A DNA stretch of 64,000 bases from Rhynchobatus australiae (taxonomy: Eukaryota): the NCBI GenBank assembly GCA_034780895.1, contig JAUZTB010000001.1, positions 64,678,048-64,742,047 of the forward strand, written 5' to 3'. A program made the translations under genes and the position numbers. The stretch's first letter is position 1, and each line of letters starts with the position of its first letter. The notes under the pieces are model-generated. The model was not told the origin of the DNA. It saw nothing but the letters and a program-made list of their open reading frames with translations, and made no database searches. This document shows, piece after piece, positions 27,460 to 39,329 of the stretch.

Positions 27460-27830
27460 GATGACAAGGTGCTATATAGATACAGTAGCATTAAGTCACT
27501 GGACTTCTTATCTAAAGGCATTAGTTTTGATTTCATAATTCCAACTGGGAAGTTTAAATTCAAGTAATTAATTACTTGAATTTAAATTTGAAGAAGTTCC
27601 CATTAGTAGTGGTGAACATGCAACTGCTGGACTTCTGCAAATTCCAAACTGGTTCATCAGTCTCCTTCAGGAAAGGTGGTCTGTCATCCCTACCTGGTCT
27701 GGCCATAAATTACTCCAGACTGACCAATGAGGTTGACTCATAACGACCCTCCAAGCTGGCCTATCATTTAAGGAAAATAATAAATTAATGCTAGTCTGGC
27801 CAGTGACATTCTTATCCTGAGAATGTTTAA
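27460..27830 (+). mobile_element. tRNA-derived SINE of a recurring family (related copies near 5435-5680 +, 33730-34060 -, tails near 3405 - and 28410 +)
   Basis: Shared core ctggttcatcagtctccttcaggaaagg...ctacctggtctggcc...actccagac seen in both orientations in the window; family name not assigned. Confidence 0.6.
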
Positions 27831-28592
27831 ATTCCTGGTTATATTATCTCATAAAAGGAAGGAATGAAATACTTAGGTAAAACTGAAATTTGTATTACAG
27901 AATGAAGTAAATAATGTAAGTGGGAAGAAGTAGTAAGTTCATAGCAAGTTTAGTTCTCAGAGTATCTGTATTGTTAGCAGTTGACAGGTGTGGCATAGTC
28001 ATGATTGGGACTTCTATTTGCCACAAATTTTTCTTGAGCCTTACAAAGCATAGCAAGAATTCCTCATAGTAACGTTGGTGAAGTTGCTAAATCAAAGTCA
28101 CAGTTTTCTTCTGTTGTGCTGTCCAAGTAGTGGTATTCTCAGAGTTTTTTTGGAGATAGCAGCTCCTATGCTTTATACTGAGTTCATGCAAAAAATGAGA
28201 AGCATAATATTTGTAGATACCCAAATTTCATGCTGCATTTTTCAATTGAAACTTCCTTTGTATCAGCTGGTTGAGGAGGAATGAGCAAGGAAAAGTGGGA
28301 TTGAAATGCTTTTGTTTAGAAACTGTTATGGAGAAGCATGAATGAGACATGTCAGGTGTACGCTTGGGTTGCAATGATTCAAGAAGTTTTACCAATGTCT
28401 GAAGTGCATTTAGGGATGGGCATTAATTGCTGACCTTGCAGATGATGCCCGCATCTCAAGAAAACATGTTTTTAACAAAAAAAACACACTTAAGTAATAA
28501 TTGCTTCAATCTTTTATGAATTAACAAAAATGCTTTTCATGTACTAGGCGAAGCCCAGAGTCTTCTCAGTTTAATTGATTTTCTGTTTTCAG

Positions 28593-28700
28593 ATTCAGCT
28601 TGTAACAGCGCTCCTGGATCTGGCCCAAGCTCACCTAACAACAGTTCCNNNNNNNNNNGAAAATGGGATAGCTGGACCAGCCACCAGCATCCCAACTGAG
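28593..28700 (+). CDS. HDAC4: HDAC4 exon ([19 protein letters not shown][gap]ENGIAGPATSIPTE), interrupted by an N-gap at 28649-28658
   Basis: Acceptor ttttctgttttcag|, donor |gtaact. Both halves match human [38 protein letters not shown]. The frame offset across the 10 N is explained if the true gap is 15 nt. Confidence 0.94.
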
Positions 28701-29569
28701 GTAACTTCATCACAACTGCTTCCTGTGATAATGTTGCTAATCCTATCTTTTTAGATGTAGCACATTCTTTTATTTAAAAATGGGAAGGTAGATGTACATC
28801 TATGATTCCTCTTACTGAATAAGTGCTACAGCATTAACTGCCTATTGTACTGTCTCAGGAACGGAGTACAAGTGACTGAGATTAAGCAGGCATTTGGTGT
28901 CAGTGACCAAATTTCTTTGCTGGTTTGTTCCCTGCATTTATTTTGTTCCCAAAAAAAAATTCACACCTGCAATTGCAACATATTACAGCCTCCAGTTCAC
29001 AGTTTTGCTGCATTACATTAGCAGTTATTCTTTTGAGTTGGTACTATTATTACAGAATATTTCTAGAGCATTCTGACCCATATCAAGGAATGCACACTGT
29101 AAAGATATGAAAAGAAAGGAAAAGCTATTCAACCAGTTAAGTTCAAGATCCATATGTATCATCAAAGAGCTCTTTTATTAGAAAGGTGGTTGCAGAATTT
29201 AATCATTAAAGCGCTGTAACTTTCAGGATCTTCTCTTATAAAAGCCAAATCAGTTTTTAGACTGGTCTTGAAAATTAATATTTGCCTGGTTTTAATGCCT
29301 GTTGACCCTATCTTCAAGGAAAGTCATGTGGCTTCCCTACCAGCACTTTTTATTAATCCTTCTCAGCATTCGGAGAGATTATTTTAAAAGGAAAAAACTG
29401 AGAATTATGTAAAACAAATATCTTTGATATTTGTTTTAAAAGGTGTGATCATGATAAAGTGTCAACCTACTGGTAAAATGGCCTTAATTTTGCAGTCTGA
29501 GCAGAAATGCTAAGGTGCTACCATGTTCTGGTTTCCCACATGTTCATAGGAGAATATAGAAATCTTGAG

Positions 29570-32290
29570 TATGCTGGCTGCCTTTAGCCATCTTTCTCCC
29601 TACCGTTCTCTAATGCTTAGTAATAGTGGGAACCAGTCCCGAGGAGCAAGAGGGCCCTGGTGAGTTCGAAAGGAGTGTGGGAAACAGAGTTCCAGTAAGT
29701 TTAAATAAGTATTTAAGTAAAAAAGCTGGGAAATTAAAAATGTTCCCACAGGGTATGTAAAAGTGTAAGCAATCATGGCAGTTGTAATTTCTTTTTACTA
29801 TTAGTTGAGTTAAACTATTAAACAGCAGCATGGCAGGGGATCTCAGACCGATGTATTGCACGTCCTTTGCCATGTGGGACACGTGTGATGGTTCCATTGT
29901 CTTGGACAAACAGGTGCAGCAAGTGTCATCAACTGGAAAACCTCTAGCTCCAACTGGCATCACATTTCAGAAGGTGGTCACCGCATGGGCTGAAAGGGAA
30001 TTGGTAACCTCAGGCATATATAAACAAAAGGCAGGTTGATCGGGAGACTGTGCTCTCTGAGTATTCGGTTCCAAGGACTGGTGGAGGGGAATTATTCTTT
30101 GGGGAGTGTTGTCATAGACAACACCTTAACACCATGAGTGGTTCAACTGTACAGGGAAGATAAACAAAGGATTACAAAGATGAACAGAAGATTAGTTATT
30201 GGAGATTCCATGGGGGAACAGACAAACTCTTCAATGGTTGCAGGAATGATTTACTGATGGTATGGAGAAGGGACCAATTTCATTAGGATGAAAATAGATC
30301 TAGCCTGGATAAACTGGAATCAATACTTTGCAGGGAAAACTGTAAATAAACAACGCTAGTGGTGATCTTCCAACTACAGTCTTGGTACATATACGTGAGG
30401 GAGAGGGATACAGAAAATTATGCTAGACCTTCTGGATGACCAAAAAGATGGAGAGTGAAATAGAGCATATCACAAATGCAAGCTTGTTAACAAACATGAA
30501 AATTGGGTTGAAAGTTTAGAGGCGAAGTGAAAGAGGGGGAAAAATGGAACCAAAGAGAGCACATGAATAAAGACTAGCAACAAATTTAAAAAGGTATTTA
30601 GAAATATTCTATAGGCACATGAATAGGGGAAAGAATTGTGAGGAAACATGAGTCAGTTGCGGTTAAGGTATTAAATGCATACTTCAGCCTCCCTTGGAGA
30701 AAGATTCAGCTGGAGCTTCAAAAGAAAAAGTAATTGAGATCCTGGAAGAAATAGAGGAGGTACTAGAAAGGTTGCTACAAAAGAGGTGAATTGCCTGGTA
30801 TAAATGGGATGCATTCTGGTTTGCTGAGGGAAGTAAGGGAGGAAATTGCAGAGGCCTTGGCCATTATCTTCTGAATGTTTATGGGTTCGGGGTGGTGCCT
30901 AGGGATCAAAACATTAAATGTTACATTCATATTGAAAGCAAAATGTTAAGATAAATTTAGTAACTAGAGAGTCAATGTAACCACAGTGTTACAGAAATTT
31001 CTAGAAAGAGTAATCAGGGACAGAATTAGAGATGAGTGTGTATTGATTGGAGAAAGCCAGTGTGGATTTGTTAAAGGCAAATTATTAAGTAAATTGTTTT
31101 TATTTAAATGATGAAAGAGTGCAGGTTGATGAGGGAAATGTAGCTCATGTAATATATATGGACTTGCAAAGGATGTTTGAGAAGGTTCTGTGTGATAGGG
31201 GTGGGCATCAGGATTGAAGGCAATCAAATAAAAGTGGGTGCTATAACAGCATGGACAGCAAATTAACCGAGTAACAAGAGCCAGAGAGTAATAATGAAGG
31301 ATTATTAATTGAATTGAAGGGAAGTATACAGTAGAACTCCAGGGGTTGGTACCAGGACCAGTGCTTTTCTTAATATATGTTAATGGGTGTACAGGGCATA
31401 GCTTCCAAATTTTCATCTGGCACAAAACTTGGTGGTGTGGTGAACAGCAAGTTAGGTACACAGGTTTCAGGCTGGTGCAATGGATGGATGGGTACTAGAT
31501 TCGACTTAATGTAGCAATTCACATTTCTTAGCAATTCACATTTCTTAGCAATTCACATTTCTCAGCAATTCACATTTCTCAGCATGTTGATGGAAATTAA
31601 TGAGAATTCGGCATATAAACAAGATGCACCAGAACAAAGTTATCTGAGTGTGGGGGCATTGTATGTATATAGTTCGTTGAAAGTGGTAGCAAGTGCATAA
31701 AGTGACCCACAAGATCCTGATCTTTAAAAGTGGAGGCGTGGTGTATAAGAACAAAGAGGTCATGATGAACCTTTATAAAACAGTGAGTTAGCCAAAACTC
31801 AGGGACTGTGTCCAGTTCTGGGTGCCACACTTGTGAAAAGGTTTTTGAGGGGGTGCAGGGGAGATTTACCAGAATTATTCCAGGGATGAGGAACTTCAAT
31901 TGCGTGTGTACATTGGAGAAGCTTGGCTGCTCTTGGAACAGAGGAGATTGCGTGGAGATTTGACAGGGATATTTTAAGTCATCAAAGTGTACAGATCGCA
32001 GATCAAAAGAAAGTGTTGCTATTGACAGAGGGGCCAAGTATTAGAGAGAATACAGATTGAAGGTGATTGTCAGGAGAAGCAATTTTTAACACTACGAGTG
32101 GTTAGGATGGTTAATGGAGGTAGATTCAGTTGTAGTGTTACGGAGCTAAGTAGCTATCTGAAAGAAAAGAATTTCCAAGGATGATATTAGAGGGTAGGGG
32201 AATGGGATGAACTAGATTGCTCATGTAGAGTTGGTGCCGACTTCGTAGATGAGTGACGTTCTTCCATCGTGTAACGGTTTTCTGGTTCCT
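29570..32290 (+). mobile_element. Long, internally deleted CR1-type LINE (ORF1 esterase remnant, ORF2 RT, 3' tail)
   Basis: ORF1-like YCTSFAMWD and RLVIGDS...GTDKLFNG (SGNH GDS motif); ORF2-like ESQCGFVKG and ccaggggttggtaccaggaccagtgcttttcttaatatatgttaatg; 3' ctgtgtccagttctgggtgccacac. Many frameshifts and stops. Confidence 0.85.
31512..31584. repeat. 17-bp minisatellite x4.3 ((t/c)agcaattcacatttct)
   Basis: Seen directly: three t-type units, then a c-type unit and a partial c-type unit. Confidence 0.95.
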
Positions 32291-32874
32291 CATGGAGTCC
32301 GGCAGCAGAATGTTAGTTGGGGAATCAGCCTGGTTAAAACTTGCTCAACAGTGACTCTGTGAAAACAAGGGGAGCATGTTTTGCATTTTAATTAATTGAA
32401 TCTGGTTAAATGTGTAAATTTTTTTGTGATTTTAAATGTTCATCTAACACATTTAAATTTTTCACATTTGCCTCAGGCCAAGGAGTTTAGCTTAGCTTAG
32501 CCATCTGTCAATTATGTTTGGGTGTTTTGGCACTGGGAATTGTTCTACCCCTCCCAAAACCTGATAGCGTTTATGGTTGCAAGGACCTGGCACTCTACAA
32601 GGCTCACTGTTGAGAATTGGGTGCACTTGGGAGCATATTGATGAAAGGGAATCCACTAAAGCTAAGTCCAGACTTAGTGAGCCACTTACCATGTAGGAAA
32701 ACTGAGCCATTATAAACATTCTGACTTTTGCAAGATTATTTGGCTTCTGGCCATGTTTTTTTCTATTGGCCTTGCTCAATGATCTTGATACTCTATAAAA
32801 GATTAAACAGATAAACACCAAGTAATGTGAATTAGTATTTAGCCAAAAGTTACAAATCTTTATTTCTGAATCCT

Positions 32875-32906
32875 TGTATATGTATATATGTGTGTGTATA
32901 TGTATG

Positions 32907-32937
<31 letters not shown>

Positions 32938-32941
32938 ATAT
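32875..32941. repeat. (TG)n/(TA)n compound microsatellite
   Basis: Seen directly, next to a ~500-N gap. Confidence 0.95.
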
Positions 32942-33729
32942 TAGTTGTGCAATTCCTGAAATATAAGCCTTCCNNNNNNNNNNNNNNNNNNNNNNNNNNN
33001 NNNNNNNNNNNNNNNNNNNNNNNNNNNNNNNNNNNNNNNNNNNNNNNNNNNNNNNNNNNNNNNNNNNNNNNNNNNNNNNNNNNNNNNNNNNNNNNNNNNN
33101 NNNNNNNNNNNNNNNNNNNNNNNNNNNNNNNNNNNNNNNNNNNNNNNNNNNNNNNNNNNNNNNNNNNNNNNNNNNNNNNNNNNNNNNNNNNNNNNNNNNN
33201 NNNNNNNNNNNNNNNNNNNNNNNNNNNNNNNNNNNNNNNNNNNNNNNNNNNNNNNNNNNNNNNNNNNNNNNNNNNNNNNNNNNNNNNNNNNNNNNNNNNN
33301 NNNNNNNNNNNNNNNNNNNNNNNNNNNNNNNNNNNNNNNNNNNNNNNNNNNNNNNNNNNNNNNNNNNNNNNNNNNNNNNNNNNNNNNNNNNNNNNNNNNN
33401 NNNNNNNNNNNNNNNNNNNNNNNNNNNNNNNNNNNNNNNNNNNNNNNNNNNNNNNNNNNNNNNNNNNNNNNNNNNNNNNGATCATAGAATCTACACCACA
33501 TACAGGCAATTCAGTTCACACTTCACACTGCATGTAAGTGTTCACATTTCAATTATAGCTATTTCCACCCCGTTATAATATTGTGTTCTTTTTAAATAAA
33601 GTGTAGTTTCCTTTTAAGAGCCGTTTTGGCATCTGCTTCAATATTCATTTGTAGTAACACATCCCATATTATTATAACAACCATTTCTAGGGATCAAAGT
33701 CTCTTTATTCATGCATNNNNNNNNNNGTT

Positions 33730-34060
33730 TGTTCATGATATAAGGGCATCATTGACTAGGCTGGCATTTGCTGCCTATCCCTAATTAACCCTAAACATAG
33801 AGCAATTTTGGGGCATTCCAGAGCCAACCAAATCGCTTTGGGTCTGGAATCACATATAGATCAAACCAAGAAAGGGCAACACATTTTCTTCCCTGAAATG
33901 CATTGGTGATCCAGATGGGTTTTTACAACAATCTGGTGAATTAACAGTAATTAGCTGCTTAGCCCAGATATATTCAATTGCTGCCAAGGGGAAATTTGAA
34001 AACATGTTTCCAGGTCATTTGTAAAAGCATCTAGATGCTAGAGCAGTAGTTTAACCATGA
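33730..34060 (-). mobile_element. SINE, same family as 27460-27830
   Basis: ggcatttgctgcctatccctaattaaccct...ggtctggaatcacatatag...ttccctgaaatgcattggtgatccagatgggtttttacaacaatc is the reverse complement of the family core. Confidence 0.7.
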
Positions 34061-34649
34061 AATTATCATACCCTATGGTGTTCATTATCTTGCATTATGC
34101 CTCCTATTTGTATTTTTTTATATATATTTACCCTCACGTAGCAAGGAAATGGGAATTGTGTGCTTAAATATGCAATAGAAGTTAAAATTCTTAATAGATG
34201 GANNNNNNNNNNNNNNNNNNNNNNNNNNNNNNNNNNNNNNNNNNNNNNNNNNNNNNNNNNNNNNNNNNNNNNNNNNNNNNNNNNNNNNNNNNNNNNNNNN
34301 NNGGAATGAAAACTTAAAAGTAAAGACATGTAGGTAAAAGTAATGATGTGAAAAGTAGGGATCATAAAAATATAAAAGGATATTAGCTTCAAATGGAGCA
34401 TTGAAAATAAACAAAGATTTGTTGAATTTTTATTAGGCATTTTTACTACAACAGTTGGAGCACTCATTATTGTAGTAAACTGAAGATTCTCCACAAGCAT
34501 GGCAGGAAAGGTTAAAAAAAACATTCAAGTCACTGGAACAGAAAGTTAAGGGGATTGAATTTGTGTTTGTGGAGAGCTTTTGAGAGGGTACACATCACCA
34601 CATATATTCCAGAAATCCAGAAGATATTAGCTTATCCTGCAGTTTGCTT

Positions 34650-35480
34650 GCATATGTACAAACGTATTAAGGGCAGGGGAAGGCCCTCAGCCCCTTGACC
34701 CTGCTAGCCATTCAATAAGATCATGGCTGATCTGATTAAAACCTGAACACCGAACCCCTGTCCCAGCTGGGTGAGCTTTCACTTCCTTGGATCTATCTAC
34801 ATCTATCTGAAAAATGTTCAAAAATTCAGCTTCCACCACCCTTTGAGGAAAAGAATTCCTGCCACTTATTCCCTTACTGACTCTACTTATGCCTGGTTAT
34901 ATATCCATCAATGTTACATCCCATAATTTTAAAATAATAATGACATGTAATATTAATTCAAGGCTTCTTAGCAAATATCTTCTGACAATCCATGTACACA
35001 ATCTTCTGCATTTTATTTTTGTATGCAATGTAATAATTCTCAAAACCTTCAATTAATTCACCCTGATATGTGTTTATAAATCTATTCTGCCCCAATGTAA
35101 GCTTTCCAAGTGTTAATTTTCCATGTTATCAGGCAGCTTTTACCACAACCACAGTGACACAAAATGATCGGTGCTGTCCTTGCTCTTTCTTTTCCATGAG
35201 AAAGGCTGTGGTATTTGCCAGTTTCTGATCAATGTAACTTGGATTTCTAAAGATAGATTTAAAAAATACTTCAACTGGTTGTTCCCCCATGTTCTTCAGA
35301 AGTCTGGGCTGCATACCACCTGTGATTTGGGTCCTTTTTACTATTACATTTCCATGTTTCATTCGTTTTTATCAAAATAGATTACTTTTGAATATTTATC
35401 TTTTGTAGCACCTTTTTCACATTGCCATCCAGTTCTACTTTCATATTTTTTCATCAAACCTGAAACAAAGTACTTATTAA
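34650..35480 (-). mobile_element. CR1-type LINE fragments (3' tail and RT N-terminal part)
   Basis: ggccctcagccccttgaccctgctagccattcaataagatcatggctgatctg tail; ORF piece GMQPRLLK...QKLANTTA...QGQHRSFCVTVVVVK. Confidence 0.7.
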
Positions 35481-36513
35481 AACACATTCAGAGAGGCAGT
35501 GCCCTAGAAATTCCTTCATGTGGCTCCAGCAAAAAGGGTGGTGTGCAGATGAAAATTGGCATAGCCGGAGTAGAGCAACTTTGCACACATTTCAGGGATC
35601 TCTCAGCACCCAGTGGAAAATTTAACCCTGAACTTTTCAGTCAGACATTCATTTGTGTTGAGACCTTTTTTTGCCATAGAAAGCCACTAAACAGAGTCCA
35701 CAATGAGGCAACTCCCAAAATTCATTGCCAGCTGTGACTTTCACCTCCACTTATCGGTCAAATGGCAGTTCTTGTTTACTTGTAATACAGCCAGCTTTTA
35801 CTAACCCTTTTTCCCCTGAAGCCATGCAACAAGTACTCAGACGCTTCTTTGTTCTTACTGAGATCTGTGACCTCAAATAAATCTTCACACTTGTTTCACT
35901 TGTCGATGTCAAAACCATGGTCGCTCTTAGCTTCCTATTCTCAGCAATGTTCTAGGGAGCTGCAGTTGATATCTGCAACATCTCAGCTGGTCATTGCTGC
36001 AGTAGAAGTCTCCCAAACCTCATGCTCAAGGAGAGAAAAGACGACATCTACTCCAGCCCACCAGAGTAGGCATGGACATTTTCTTGTTCAAATGCAGTTT
36101 TAGGCCTGTACTCCTAATGACTTTCAACAGTTCCACAGTATTTTTCTTTATTTTTAGAACTCTTTGGGGNNNNNNNNNNNNNNNNNNNNNNNNNNNNNNN
36201 NNNNNNNNNNNNNNNNNNNNNNNNNNNNNNATATTTCACTTTCTGGCTTCTGGATTCTAGTTTATTCAAGCCATGTGACTAATGCTGCCACATGGTTTAG
36301 GCTGGGCTAATTATCAACATTCTTACAGATAAAGCTTTTACAGATAGGATAGTGATGATATAAATCTCTGGTTAACCTTCTGAACACCTGATTCTCAAAT
36401 GACAGTTCTATAACGTGGAGGAGCTGGGGAAATAAAATTGCTTTTGCTACATATGTAGCCACTTGTTTGAAATATTCTGTTATTGAAACTTGTTTGCTGT
36501 TTTTCTCTTCCAG

Positions 36514-36630
36514 CCCACTTTAGCTCATAAAATTGTTGCTCGAGATGGCTCTGTGACGCAATTGCCACTGTATACATCACCATCTTTGCCCAACATAACT
36601 CTAGGTCTTCCAGCCACAGGCCCTGCCAGT
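36514..36630 (+). CDS. HDAC4: HDAC4 exon with PSLPNI motif ([39 protein letters not shown])
   Basis: Acceptor ttttctcttccag|, donor |gtaagt; 117 nt, phase 0-0. Contains [21 protein letters not shown] as in HDAC4. Confidence 0.97.
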
Positions 36631-37009
36631 GTAAGTACTGAAGCCGCTGATTGTACATTTATATACTTACTGTGATGGGGTGATGAAACTTTGGAGAAGT
36701 ACTTGAAGAGGTGGATATGGAGGGTCTAGGTGAAATATCACTTCCCTGATTGCATTTTGCTTCATTCATCCCATCAACCTTTAAGATCTTAACAATTATA
36801 TAAAGCATAACAAGGGAATATGTTACCATTACTCTTTTCCACTAACTCATATCCCCAGCTTGCGTAGGTGTGGTGGAATGACTGACAGCATAGATCCTAG
36901 AAGTTAGGCTAGTATTCTTGAGATTTGTATTTGTACTGCTTTGTATTGCAATATAGAACCCCTATCACTGAATGGTCCTGATCTTGGTAAAGCTGTTAGA
37001 GGCATCAAA

Positions 37010-37710
37010 TTAATATTCTGCCTGAATAGTTGACAACTCATTAGCATGAACATTGAGTTTTCCAATTTTAGATCACCCTCCCTTCTGGCACGTTTCCTCC
37101 CCCCCACTCCCCACTTTTCTGATCCTCCTCCAATCCCCCCAGTTCAGCCCTGCATCACTCAGCTTCGTCTCCCTCCCCCTCCTAGTNNNNNNNNNNNNNN
37201 NNNNNNNNNNNNNNNNNNNNNNNNNNNNNNNNNNNNNNNNNNNNNNNNNNTTCCATCTGCTATTCACCTCTCCTCTAATTTTTACGATTATCACCTCTCT
37301 TACTCATCAGATTCCAGCACTGGTAGCCTTTATGTTTCTGCTTATCACTCTCCAGTAGCTGTCTCCACCTTCATCCTCCCACTTTGCTCCATCCACCTCT
37401 TTTTTTTTCCCTCACCGTCTCCATCCGTCATCCACTTGACTCTGTCTCTCAACTTCACCCAACTTCACCCTTCCCTCCACTACTGAGTTTGAACTGCCTT
37501 TCGTCCTTCATCTCTCCTCTGTCTACCAATCTCGTCAGCTCCCTTCTGGCTTTGCCTCTCTGCCCTCTCAGTCCTGATGCAGGGTTTCGACTTGAAACAG
37601 TTCCTCCCCCCGTCCCCGTCCCTCCACAGATGCTGCTCAACCCACTGAATTCCTCCAGCAGGTTGTTTTTTGCTCCAGATTCCAGCATCTACAGTCTCTT
37701 GTATCTTAAA
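37010..37710 (+). mobile_element. Penelope-like element 3' portion
   Basis: LIFCLNS*QLISMNIEFSNFR (PLE ORF end), polypyrimidine UTR, cagtc-ctgatgc-agggtttcgactt-gaaac, then cacagatgctgctcaacccactgaattcctccagca tail. Confidence 0.85.
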
Positions 37711-38441
37711 TTATTTCCTCCTGGTGTTGAAACCAAGTCTTTCAGGCACACTCTTACAACTCTGCAAGTATTGACCTCAGCAAAATGGTAACAAATGTCC
37801 AGAACAGAAAAGCACACATGCAATACAGGAAATTAGGGGATCATAAATACAAAACATGTGGTGTCCCCCCCCCCCCCACTGTGCTGGTTTAGTGCAACCA
37901 GTTGAAAGCAGAAGAATTTCTAGGCCCTTATCTTCTGTCATGAGAAATTTACCATTGTTTAAGATGGGGGAAGGTCAGTGACTTGAAACATAGAATCCTA
38001 TTGAGTTCTTTGTATTTCATTTTATAAAGAACACTTTAAAACAAAATTACATTTTTGCTAAAATGGTCATGTAAACGTTAATATATATAATTTAGCATAG
38101 TATTACATTTCTTGCTTGTAAAGCTCAGTACCCAAAAATAAGCATGTAATTTGTATGGTTTAAAGTTTTCCATCTGTGAACTTTGACGATATGTTCATTG
38201 TTGTTGATGCTTAAGAGACAGTTGAGTACTAACCTCCTTATTCTACTGAGAATCCTGTGAATTTCTGTTCGAGCTTCATTTCAGTTAATTTGTCTCAGAA
38301 TATTTGGTCAGATGCATTTGTATAAGTGCATCTATCCGTTATAGTAGAAATTGTAATTGAGACAGTTATTGCTGAGAAAATATTTAGTGCAAATGTTCAC
38401 ACAAAGTATAAAGTACTGTTTTATTCCCTTTTTACATTCAG

Positions 38442-38637
38442 GGAGCCTCTGGACAGGCAGAGGGTGATAGAGTGAGCATGCAAGGACTCCCATTGAACAC
38501 TCCATTTATTGCTGGTGCTCATTTGCCGCACTACATTGCAACGACATTGGATAAAGATGGCTCTGGTGGACATGCACCTCTTTTGCAGCATATGGTCTTG
38601 TTAGACCAGTCAACACCTCAGAGTCCATTAGTAACTG
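38442..38637 (+). CDS. HDAC4: HDAC4 exon (GASGQAEGDRVSMQGLPLNTPFIAGAHLPHYIATTLDKDGSGGHAPLLQHMVLLDQSTPQSPLVT)
   Basis: Read manually; not in the ORF track. Acceptor cccttttttacattcag-like tract|, donor |gtaagt; 196 nt, open, phase 0-1. PLLQHMVLL...PLVT matches HDAC4. Confidence 0.94.
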
Positions 38638-38759
38638 GTAAGTAACTCCATAAAGATGTATTATTAGGGTAAGTGCAAGGAATGTTTGTCTTTCCTAATG
38701 CACCATTAGATTGTCATGGTTTTCTTACATTATGGAAATCAAATATGAAGAGTGAGTAA

Positions 38760-39310
38760 CAAACAAGATGCTAGAAGATCTCAGCTGGTCATGCAACTTC
38801 TATGGAGTGAAATGAACAGTCTACATTTTGGATCGAGACCCTTCATCTGGACTGAAAGAAGGGAGATAGCCAGTATAAAAAAAAGTTGAAGGGAAGAGGT
38901 GGAGCAAGAGCTAGCAAAGAGAGGAACAGTGGGGGGGAGGGAGCCACTATGTGGGTGCTGGGCAGATGGAGTGGGTGGAGGAGGGGAAAGAAACAGGGTG
39001 ATGGGGGGCCTGGGGTGAGTGTAGGAAGAACTAGGTAGATCAGGAGAGAAAATAGGGATAGAGGGGGAGCAGTTTTCCTGAAATAGGAGACTTCAATGTT
39101 CATGCCGGCAGGTTGTAGACTAGCCAGGCAGAACATGAGGTACCATTCCTCCAGTTTGCATTTAGCCTTGCCCTGGCAGTGCAGGAGGCCAACGACAGAC
39201 ATGTTGGTGTGAGAAGGGAGAGGAAAATTACAATGACTGGCAACCGGGAGCTCCAGATGGCCATGGCAGATGCAGCTCAGGTGCTTGGCAGGGCACTGTC
39301 TAGGATGCAC
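38760..39310 (-). mobile_element. Penelope-like element: GIY-YIG C-terminus plus 3' UTR with hammerhead motif
   Basis: ORF 38843-39310(-) contains LPVASHCNFPLPSHTNMSVVGLLHCQGKAKCKLEEWYLMFCLASLQPAGMNIEVSYFR, matching the PLE endonuclease C-terminus. Confidence 0.88.
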
Positions 39311-39329
39311 CTGGTCTCATGAATATAGA

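Noticed and set aside
31512-31584. Regular short repeats as a CRISPR-like array
   Set aside because: Head-to-tail units with no spacers, in a vertebrate intron.
32850-33537. Longest ORFs in the track (186-219 aa), and similar ORFs near 39640-40198 and 47365-47823
   Set aside because: They run through N-gaps or microsatellites and are artefacts.
35849-36103. 84-aa ORF of mixed composition upstream of the PSLPNI exon
   Set aside because: No recognisable homology or convincing splice-site pair; the neighbouring exons join correctly without it.
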